From Macrostomum lignano (Eukaryota), in contig NIVC01000303.1 in the NCBI GenBank assembly GCA_002269645.1, positions 372,001-436,000 on the forward strand: a stretch of DNA of 64,000 nucleotides, given 5' to 3'. Under the pieces are notes generated by a model that was not told the origin of the DNA, did no database searches, and was given only the letters and a program-made list of their open reading frames with translations. The position numbers were made by a program, and so were the translations under genes. Below, in pieces: positions 13,215 to 23,054 of this stretch (positions are counted from its first letter, which is position 1; each line of letters opens with the position of its first letter).

Positions 13215-13670
13215 TCATCGCAGGCCGCTGTTACCCAGCACGGCAACTCCATCCCCAGCATCCTCATCTGTGACGCCCGCCGTTGTTGCAGCCGCATTCT
13301 CCATCATGCTGAAATTCTCGCAGAACTCTTCCTCATCATACTCGAACTCGTCGTTCACAACCGGGTCGTTAAGACGTCTGTGACGACGACGACGACGACG
13401 ACCGACGCCATTGTTTAGCAGCTGCATCCGTCGGCGCCTCAGCCTCCGATTGAAGCAATGCTGCTTCAAGGATACAAAAGAGGCAGTCAGGAGCAACAGA
13501 AGCAGCAGCACTCCAATGCCGAGACCCAATTCAACGCTGAATGGCAGCCGGCTGCTGCTACTGCCGCCTCCAGGCACTGGTGGATGGCTGTGACTCCTAA
13601 TGCTGGGAGCTGTTGTGATACGAGGCTGAGGCAGCATTGTAGGGACAGCAGTGATATTCGGCAATGCCAT
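13215..13670 (-). CDS. Small single-pass membrane protein, unknown function (151 aa)
   Basis: N-terminal N-glycosylation sequon (NIT) and Pro/Thr/Ser stalk, hydrophobic LGLGIGVLLLLLLLTASFVSL, basic juxtamembrane RRLRRRR, acidic tail; GC-rich island in AT-rich DNA; acceptor-like tctgccag just upstream of the ATG. Confidence 0.55.
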   Translation of the reverse strand: MALPNITAVPTMLPQPRITTAPSIRSHSHPPVPGGGSSSSRLPFSVELGLGIGVLLLLLLLTASFVSLKQHCFNRRLRRRRMQLLNNGVGRRRRRRHRRLNDPVVNDEFEYDEEEFCENFSMMENAAATTAGVTDEDAGDGVAVLGNSGLR

Positions 13671-14033
13671 GTGCAGTTGAATACTCTGGCAGAATTTTAC
13701 AACTGCACAAAACTCAATGATGGTTTATCGGCTGACAGAAAAAATAATGTTAGATGTGACATTTTTATCAAACTAAATTAAGTAAAGTACAAAAAATTAA
13801 TTGCATAATTTTTGTATTGCAAATAGAAATATAAAAAGATGAACACTTTAGGAAAAAAGCCTTCCAATTAAAAGTACAATTTTTTAGTTTCCATGGAGAC
13901 AATAATTAATAATTAATTTTTGATTACACCTGCCTGTGCAGATGTGCAACTGACAGCTCAGCCACAGGCATGGCGCATCTGAAGGCTGCATATGGCTGTT
14001 CAGTCCAAGGACTGCTGGGGGTCGCCACACACA

Positions 14034-14199
14034 CCCTCAATTACCCCAGCTAATGCTGGCACCCATTTTATAACTGGGTGAACTGAAGCACTGCAGAGTT
14101 GAGTGTCTTGCTCAAGGACAAATTGTTCCAAGTGAGTCAAGAATCGAACCCCCGACCTTCAAGTCATGAGTCCGATGCTCTGGCCACTAGGCTGCAACC
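14034..14199 (-). mobile_element. tRNA-derived SINE (family A, CORE-like body)
   Basis: Minus strand has a tRNA-like head (GCAGCCTAGTGG...GGTTCGATTC) followed by TTTGTCCTTGAGCAAGACACT; a second copy lies at 38912-40344. Confidence 0.75.
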
Positions 14200-17100
14200 C
14201 TATAGAACCCTATCCCTATAGATTGAGACAAGCAAATATGCCCAAGCTTTGGAAGTTAGATGCTAAGGTTTTTATATGCTAGAATCATAATGTTAGTTGG
14301 CATCAGTAAAAAAAATTCAAAGTCAAATAAAACCCATCATCTCTGCCCATTCTTTACACTGATGAACATTTAGCCTACACCTATTATACAATGTACATGA
14401 GACAATACACTAAGATGATGAAGCATAGAAATTGCCAATAAAAATAAGAAAACTCCAAAAGACTTAAATTCAATCAACTCTTTTAATTCATGATATATTA
14501 GATAGTATAAGAAAGACTAAATTTTAATATCTAAATTCAAAATGAAAAATGGTCAACACTTCAGTCATAAAGCTCTGTATCAGCTCTGCAACATGTTACA
14601 TACTAAAGCTTTCACTGTAGAACTAATGGCCAAATTTTCTTAGATTTTAGCCCCATGTGACACAATTTCTACTATGCATATTGATCTTATCAGAATTTTA
14701 ATTGATACAGTTTGCTAAAGTTCTAAATTTTCTAATATCTATATTCATGTCAATATCTATAGCTAATTAATTTCCCAAAAATTCATATAACTTCTCAAGG
14801 TCTAATTTAATTTTATATAAGAAAAATGGCTGAAACAATATTTATCTTAACTTAACAACCACTAGCTCAAGTATACAACCAGTATGTGGCTTTGAAAATA
14901 TTTGTTGCTTAAACTTGCAACCCTAAAAACTTAAGGACTGGACTCTCTTTGTATTGAAAATAAAACTCAACTCCAAGTACTCTAACTTAGCAATATACAA
15001 ATGGCATTGAAAACCTTTATTAATTGAGTCTTCAACCCTAGAGACTTAAGGGTTTTCTTTATATAAGCTTTGAAACTTGCAAAATCAATTTATTACTGCC
15101 TTTATCTATGAAATCAAGGGCTTCAATAATTTTTTGAAGTCTCAATACCATTAATATATCCTAAAATTTAAATAAAATTCTATAACTTATATTAGTATTT
15201 AGTATAGAAAGAGCAGATAGATATGGCCAAGTTAGATTAAAGCTTCTTATTATTTTAAGTCTTATTATTTAAAGTATTTTAAGATTCAAACTTTGTGAAC
15301 TCCTGCAACTTTATCAATATATAAAAAAATACTTACCATACATTTATATATCAAAAAAAAGAAAAAAATATCATAACAAAACAATTTTAATGATAGCAAT
15401 TTTTAAAAGAAATTTCCTTAGGCCTACCATATAAAATATTGCTATTTAAGTTTGTTTTAAACTTTCTAATATTACTACATTAAAAAATGTTTATATGTTT
15501 GAATGTGAGTTAAATAACATTATATATATATGTAGATAGAATATTGAAGGCATAATTTTTAGTATGCACATTTTTAGCTTGCAATTTTTTTAGATTCTAT
15601 GTATATTAAATCTTTTCTAGAGCCACAATGTAGGCCAAACTGTACACACTAACATTTTTTGCACACTGAAAATTCTGGCATATGGATGTCTTCAAGACAA
15701 TGGCTTGTTTTTTTAAAATCTAAACAAAGTAAAATTGTATTTTTATACAATTAAAAGTTAGTATCAGTTTGTAAAATCAAATTTCTTGTTTAACCAAAAT
15801 TATAAAAGCTCTGATTTAGACAATAATGTAGAAAAAGTTAACTTTTTTATTTGAAAATAAAAATACTACATTAATATTACTACTGATTTTGACAATTCTG
15901 ACATCTCTTCAAAATATACCAAACTTCTTGATACATTTAATGTAATAAATGTAATACAGAGATGCACGTATGTGCATATGAGTGCAAGGTACATGTACAT
16001 GTACACGTTTTCCAATCTATCTGTGACGTTTTTTCTAGCCTATCAGGAATTATCAATAGCAGTCAAATTTTTGCAGCTGAAATCACATTCAGCGTTATGC
16101 AAAAAGGAAATATTTGCGAAATCAAAAAGCCGTTTTTAAAGCACTGCAAACTGTGGTCTGAGCCTTGCCGCTCGCAAATAAGTATTGCGGTGTGATGCGC
16201 TCCGTTTATATTTCGGGAGTCCATGCGGTGGAGATGCTTGAATTAGGTGAAAAATATGCAAACTTGAAGATATCAGTGGATAGGGCAGATCGAAGGGAGA
16301 TTTGCGAACAAATTGTTAGAAAACAATGGTTGCATACTTTTGCAAAATGCTTGCATTCATCTGTTAGAACAGTTGTAGCTAGTATCGGACATGCGAAATA
16401 TGCAAAATACCATAAGATCGGACCAATGGCACAATCATTTTTTATTTTAGATAGACTTCTTTTAGTCCCATCAAAGTTTGCATGTACTTCTGAGGTCATG
16501 ACCTCATGCTCATGCTGTACTTGGCAGATCCAGGTTTTCGCTCCGGGGGCCTCGCTTGGTTGCACTATTACACATGGGAACACCAACTGCAATATAGATG
16601 CCACGCCCACATACGCTCGTACGTTGCTCAGAATTTAATTGAATTCAATCTGATCACACTATATTGAATACCCGCAGCTATTTTGAAATATTCGATAGCT
16701 ATATCTCTAACGCCGGCCCCTCGTAAAAAATCCGTTACTATCCAAATCTTTTTTGTGCCCTCCTTTTGAACTCAGTACATTAATTGGAACTCACAGTTAT
16801 ATATACAAACAGTTTTTTTAAGCTCGACTCGAGTCCATGCAGTTCAGGGGTTGCACCCAGAGGGGGAGGGGTCAAGGGAGGAAAATTCCGGGGTCTGCCC
16901 CCATTTGCCAGTGCCACCTCTCTCCGTAACACCCCCCCCCCTAAAATTTTTTGAGTGCGCCCCTCGTTCCGTTTAAGATTTATGGCTTAGTATTTTAAAA
17001 ATGCACGGCCGTTGCATGTAGCCTATAAGCGATGAATTTCAGAACCTATAAGAGATAACAAGTTAAGTACAGCTGTTTTTGTTACTATACGATCTATTCG

Positions 17101-17930
17101 TGGTAACTGGGTGGAGAGTATTTGCTTCCTGTCTTGATTTAATAAAAACCCTGAGACAGTTGGCTAACCAAGCAAGCTGTCAATGCATTCATTCTAAAAA
17201 AGTGATAAATTTTTGTTACCTTGCCTGACAATATGCTATTGCTGGAGTAGCTAATTTATGATAGTGTTATGCAAAGCTGGAAAAGAAGTCGCTTTGATTT
17301 AAACTATCAGAAGGAGAGACAAAGATGTAGTAGAGAGGGATCACAAACAGAGATGGGGTCGTGTATTGAAATTAAATTTGAACTTTTTTGCGCAAGCTAT
17401 TCTGTGCGCAGTTTAAACAGTGATTATGCAATCTAGTAGTTCTACCTCATTAGTACATGCAGATATAGTAATTTTAGCATATTATTAGAGATTTAGTATA
17501 TTTAGACTAGAGCGCTATGGACAAGCAAACATACAAATCTTAGAGATTTAGTATATTTAGATTATGGACAAACATACAAATATTAGAGATTTAGTATATT
17601 AGGATTTTAAGAAAATCGGTCAAGGACAGTGAGCTCTAGAGCTTTATGGACAAGCAAGCAAGCAAGCAAACAAACCTTAGAGATTTAGCATATTTGGATT
17701 AGAGATTAAGTATAAATAAGTGCCACATGGAGTTCGGGCTCGAGATGACCTATGGAGCTGGCAGCACATTTCGCTTTAAGCACGGTGTAAAAGTTTAAGA
17801 TCTTGTTATTCGCGCTCACAAGCCAAATGTGCCCCCGCCTCCACAATCCAGCAGGGGGTGCAGTGAAATAAAACTGGAGGGGCAGTAGATAAGATGCAAG
17901 CAAATTTAGCGAATACGCAGATTTTTTCTT

Positions 17931-18275
17931 TTACCTGTGGGCCGCATATGGACTGAAATAAAAGTGCAGAATGTAATGGCATGCGAAAAATGATGGCAAT
18001 TAGAAGGTAATAATTAATAGCTTTACCTGTGCGCCGCATATGGACTGAAATAAAAGTGCAGAATGTAATGGCATGCGAAAAATGATGGCATTTAGAAGGT
18101 AATAATTAATAGCTTTACCTGTGCGCCGCATATGGACTGAAATAGAAGTGCAGAATGTAATGGCATGCGAAAAATGATGGCATTTAGAAGGTAATAATTA
18201 ATAGCTTTACCTGTGCGCCGCATATGGACTGAAATAGAAGTGCAGAATATAATGGTGTGCGAAAAATGATAATGA
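17931..18275. repeat. Tandem repeat, 92 bp unit, ~3.7 copies
   Basis: TTACCTGT starts at 17931, 18023, 18115 and 18207. Confidence 0.92.
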
Positions 18276-18361
18276 GGGAGCTATTTGCTAAGCAAGCAAT
18301 GATCTGAGATTTATAACTCGATTTAAGTAAAATGGTTAATTATTAAAAGTTTCCACTTGAA

Positions 18362-19090
18362 TCAGGCAAAACTGGCTGGCTCCGCGGGGCAGCTTTTTTT
18401 ACGAGAATAATTAGCATTGCGACTTAAGGAATCTATATTAATCACTGCCTGCACTTCTAGGGGGAGCTCTCTTACTTTCTCCTCAGCGATGATGCGAGCA
18501 GATTTGAATGGCGCTCGCTTTGCTTCCGCTTTTACCTGAGCTGCAATACGTCGTTTTTTAACTGGCTGATCGACTGGATCGCAGGTGTGCTCTTTCAAGG
18601 CTTCAATGGTTCCGTCTTGTCGCTTGACGGCTGAGCCCAGGCATTTCGGTGCAGTTTTGTTGCAATGGTAGTAAGTGTTGCCGTTTCGCCGGCTCTTGAC
18701 ATGCATCAAGCGGCCAAGATCACGCCTGACGTACTGCACCAGCAAGTCTTTGCCGTGGCTGAATCCAGCACCTGGAAAATGCTCAAAAGCCTGCAGAGGT
18801 GGGCTACGAGGCGGCGCCAACTCTGCTGGAGGCTCGTGAATTGATTCTTCGAGCACAGGTTCAGCGTCAGCGAAATCGGGATACTGAAATAAAAACCTCT
18901 CTTCCACTTCTACATGAGGGACTGGAAGCAATGGCTCCTCTTGGTCAATAGGCTCACCACCTGGTCCTGATCCTGGAAAGGTTGGCGGCACAGTAGCTGC
19001 TGGGGCAGCTGAGGGTGCAGATGAAGGCACACCTGTAGTTGGCCTAAGGCATCGGTTGCACAGCCAGAAAAACTCGCGTACACGTTTCAT
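18362..19090 (-). CDS. FLYWCH zinc-finger ORF, N-terminal part of a Mutator/MULE-type transposase (truncated)
   Basis: NGNTYYHCNKTAPKCLGSA...KEHTC fits the FLYWCH pattern; the following SLSRNANYSRKKSCPAEP segment resembles the pre-DDE linker of MULE transposases; no DDE domain follows. Confidence 0.65.
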   Translation of the reverse strand: MKRVREFFWLCNRCLRPTTGVPSSAPSAAPAATVPPTFPGSGPGGEPIDQEEPLLPVPHVEVEERFLFQYPDFADAEPVLEESIHEPPAELAPPRSPPLQAFEHFPGAGFSHGKDLLVQYVRRDLGRLMHVKSRRNGNTYYHCNKTAPKCLGSAVKRQDGTIEALKEHTCDPVDQPVKKRRIAAQVKAEAKRAPFKSARIIAEEKVRELPLEVQAVINIDSLSRNANYSRKKSCPAEPASFA

Positions 19091-19423
19091 CGCAGCGTAC
19101 TGCTCCGGTGTAACGCGACTGTTACACGCACGATGCTGCTATTCGCTACACTGCGAGCACTCAATAGCTTCTTCTCCATTGACAACAGGCTGTACACACA
19201 CTACACATGGGTATGCACCTGCCATTTTAATTATATTTCTTGATCAAAAACTATTTAAGCTCCGATATCAGATAATCAGTTTTTATTGTATAGATATGCT
19301 ATTCCAATACAATTATAGATAAACAGAAAATTCAAATTCGGGGCCGTATCAGTGGAGGATAACTGCTATTTGATGAGCGCCCAGCCAATGAGAGTTCTGG
19401 CATTTTTGGAAGAGCGTTTCTTA

Positions 19424-19945
19424 CCCACTGTTTCACCCACTGTTTCACCCACTGTTTCACCCACTGTTTCTCACCCATTGTTTCTCGGAGAGTGGATAGA
19501 GAGTGAGAGTGGAGAGAGGGTGAGAGTTGAAAGAGAGGCTGAAAGTGGAGAGAGGGTGAGAGTTGAAAGAGACTGAGAGTAGAGGCTGAGAGTAAAGAGA
19601 GGCTGAAAGTGGAGAGAGGGTGAGAGTAGAGGGAGGGTGAGAGTGGAGAGAGGGTGAGAGTGGAGAGAGGGTGAGAGTTGAAAGAGAGGCTGAAAGTGGA
19701 GAGAGGGTGAGAGTTGAAAGAGACTGAGAGTAGAGGCTGAGAGTAAAGAGAGGCTGAAAGTGGAGAGAGGGTGAGAGTAGAGGGATGGTGAGAGTGGACA
19801 GAGGGTGAGAGTGGAGAGAGGGTGAGAGTGGAGAGAGGGTGAGAGTGGAGAGAGGGTGAGAGTGAAGGGAGGGTGAGAGTGGAGAGAGGGTGAGAGTGGA
19901 GAGAGGGTGAGAGTGGAGAGAGGGTGAGAGTGGAGAGAGTGTGAG
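19424..19945. repeat. (CCACTGTTTCAC)n plus GA-rich (GAGAGTGGAGAGAGGGT)n low-complexity array
   Basis: Visible tandem units. Confidence 0.9.
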
Positions 19946-20092
19946 AGAATTAAAGAGAGACCTCGAGCAGCAGTGTCGGAAAATATTTCAAAGTGGGGGG
20001 GGGCTATTGTTGGGAGGGCACATTGCACATAATTTCTTTTAATCTAAGGGCACCCAAACTCCTGATGTAAGCTATATCAGTTTGTGAAATTG

Positions 20093-20580
20093 TCCTCTCC
20101 TCTCCTCTCCTCTCCTCTCCTCTCCTCTCCTCTCCTCTCCTCTCCTCTCCTCTCCTCTCCTCTCCTCTCCTCTCCTCACCTATCTCCTCTCCTCTCCTCT
20201 CCTCTCCTCTCCTCTCCTCACCTATCTCCTCTCCTCTCCTCTCCTCTCCTCTCCTCTCCTCTCCTCTCCTCTCCTCTCCTCTCCTCTCCTCTCCTCTCCT
20301 CTCCACTCTTCTCTGTTCTCTCCTCTCATCTCTCCTCTCTTATCATCTCCTCTCCTCTCTTAGCTCGTATCAGCTCTCATCTCCCTTTTCCTCTCCATTC
20401 TCTTCTCCCTTCCCTCGTTCTCTCCTCTCTCTTATATCTCGACTCTCCTCATTCATCTCCCCTCTCCTATTTTATCTCTTTTCTCGTCTACTCTCTTCTC
20501 CTTTATTCCTTAGCCTCTCCTTTCTCCTACGATCGTACTCGTATAGTTCTCTTCTCTATTCCCTATCCTCTCCCTTCTCT
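20093..20580. repeat. (TCTCC)n microsatellite with degenerate pyrimidine tail
   Basis: Near-perfect pentamer run to ~20305, then decays. Confidence 0.95.
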
Positions 20581-20839
20581 TGCCTGCAATCATCAGGGAC
20601 TCCTGGGCACGTTTCGCTTAGGGGGCCCACGGAAGCAGACCCAGAAGGGCAGTCATTGCGCCACGCTAGGTTCTTAATCTGGCCCTTGAGGTAAAAAGTT
20701 TGCTGACCCCTGCACTAAAAGCACTAGGCTTAGGCACATTAGATAAAACTGTAGTGAATGGGATTGAGAACAACATTAACTATTATATCAGCCCTTAGCT
20801 TCCAAGACTCAGAAAAGCCAAAGCCGAAAACCGGCCGAC

Positions 20840-22289
20840 TTGACTTACTTGACTTAGCTGCAGGGCTGTCCCGAAGGGGACACAGCGGGAAGGCGCGGGC
20901 GCCCATTCCGCTAGTCCCTGAACGGCCGACGCGTCGCTATGGACGGAGGGTTGGCGCCGCCCAGGGAGGTCCCCCAGTGTCGCCAGCAGCTATGGTGCTC
21001 TCTGGAAAGGAGAGTTCAGCCCTGCGGGTGGCCCGAAGGTAGCGCATGAGCTGATTAAAGTTTTCGGGTTTGCACGCTTCAGTAATAGATGTGTGTGGCC
21101 CGAGGTAAGTGAGTCTGGCCCGCGTGAAGGCGGGACAGATGCTGACGAAATGCTCAGCGGTTTCGTCACCTGAGTTGCAGAAGCTACAGGTGGCGTTGGT
21201 GGCGTTGCCCTGCAGGTACTGGTGCCTGGAGAAGCAGCCGTGACCAGAGAGGGTCATGGTGGCAGCCCGGATGTCTCTGCGCGAGAGGCGCAAGAGGAGC
21301 TTCCGGAGCTGGTGAGAGGGCTGAGGGACAGCGCCTCTGGATTGCCTGCAGTTCGTGCGGTTCGCCCAAGTCGAGCGGTGCTGAGTCCTGATCCACGCTT
21401 TGATGCGCGAGTCGATGACACAGCCAGGAATCGGGACAAGAGGTTCGGGGCCGAGAGAGGAGCCGGAGGCACCAACTTTTGCAAGGGTGTCAGCCAACTC
21501 ATTTCCTCGGATCCCCACATGCCCCGGAACCCACTTAAGGGTAATTTTGTTGGCGGAACCCAACATGTTGAGGAGTTTGATACAGTCGAGGACTGTAGCA
21601 GAGTTGGTGCTGCAGCCACTGATGGCGTGCAAGGCAGCTTGGCTGTCCGAATGGAAAATGATGTTCTTACCAGTAACGCCAGTGGCGAGAAGCTCTGCAG
21701 TGCAGGAGCTGATGGCCAGAACTTCATTTTGGAAAACACTGGAGTTGACCCCAGTGTATTGAGCGTGGGTAGCGATGACCCTCCCGTTCAGAGAGATTCC
21801 AACGCCAAACCACCCGGCCGCTCCACCTGACCGGGCAGTAGGCCAATAGCACCCTCAAGGCTGGCCCGACACCAGGAGGGGGACCGCTTGCGACCGGACT
21901 ACTCCCCGGCCTTCCAGCCCATCGGCACGGTCAACACCTTAGGCATTAGAGAGTACGTTGAGCAGTACCACGGCCTGCAGGTTGGCGAGCCAGACCCGCA
22001 TACCCAAATTCGGCCGAAGCCACTGGATAGGGTCGCCAGCGCCGGAGCCCAGTCTGTCCAGCAGCCCTAGGGACTGCCTTGAACACACGCTGGGACGAGT
22101 ACCCTGGGTCGACTTGCGAGACAGCGTGGGGGGGGGGGGTCTGCGGCTGCCAGAGGCAAATAGAGGGTGCAGACCTCCCACCAGCCTTGACCTGCTGAAG
22201 ATAGGGGCAGGCGTGAAGCATCGCAGACCTTAGCCCATGGGCCTAGTCTGTCTCATACTTCACTGGCATGCTGAATACGCCTTCGCGTG
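20840..22289 (-). mobile_element. 5'-truncated non-LTR retrotransposon with RNase H (I/LOA-like)
   Basis: 15-bp TSD CGAAAACCGGCCGAC (20825-20839, 22290-22304); 3' tail AAGTCAAGTAAGTCAA. The frame extends upstream of the listed ORF 20937-21632: VFQNEVLAI..IIFHSDSQAAL..LKWVPGHVGIRGNELADTLAK (RNase H), then the CCHC knuckle CSFCNSGDETAEHFVSIC. The first catalytic motif reads TARS instead of TDGS. Confidence 0.9.
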
Positions 22290-23054
22290 CGAAAACCGGC
22301 CGACACTTGCTTAAAATTCAAAAAGGGCACTTGATGGATCATGCTAAAAAGTGGGGGGGGCTCCAGCCCCCCGTGACCCCTGGTTCCGACCACCCCTGAC
22401 CTCGAGAGATGATTTCCTGATCCAATTTAGCTGTACAGAGCATGGATATACATGTATCTATCACACAATGCGCATACTGTGTACCAGGTCGATCATTGCC
22501 AATTGATTGCATGGTAAATTAAAATCAAGTGTAGCGATATGACTGTCCGTCTGTTGTATGGTAGGGATCAGAACTGCATGTTACATGCACGAGTATACAC
22601 TGGTAGCCAATGTGATGTACAGTACAAATGTACAATTGTAGCTAATATTCGTTCAAATAGTTTTAGAACGTATTTTTTAATAAACAGGGAGAACATCCGA
22701 AATCAAAGTAAACGATTACTGTACATGTGATGTGCATGCATTTTCGTGCCATACATTTTGATTGTATTAAGAGCGATTAGAGTAACTTTTGAGTGAGTGA
22801 TCAGTGTGCAAGTGAGTGAGTGAGCGAGTAAGATACATGTAGAGGGTGAGAGAGTGAGTGAGTTAGTGATTGAGTGATTTAAAGTGAGCATGAAAGCTGC
22901 TTATAACAGGCCTCGTACAACTCGATCGAGGCCCAGCTCGTACAAATCACGGACTACTTTAGTGTCGTTTTTATAGGAAGCCTGTACATGTACACGCAAT
23001 AAAAACGGTATGGCTGCACGACTCACCATCCCGTAACCTCTAAATACAAGTGCA

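Larger units (their letters stand above)
19968..22398. mobile_element. hAT-like non-autonomous element (composite, with nested insertions)
   Basis: 8-bp TSD ACCTCGAG at 19960-19967 and 22399-22406; imperfect TIRs CAGCAGTGTCGGAA / TTCCGACCACCCCTG. Confidence 0.65.

Noticed and set aside
16165-16638. Overlapping 157- and 134-aa ORFs
   Set aside because: No recognisable domain, splice structure or codon bias; possibly a decayed TE
16845-16965. Short MITE-like segment CAGGGGTTGCACCC...GTGCGCCCCT
   Set aside because: Imperfect TIR and no TSD; too weak to call
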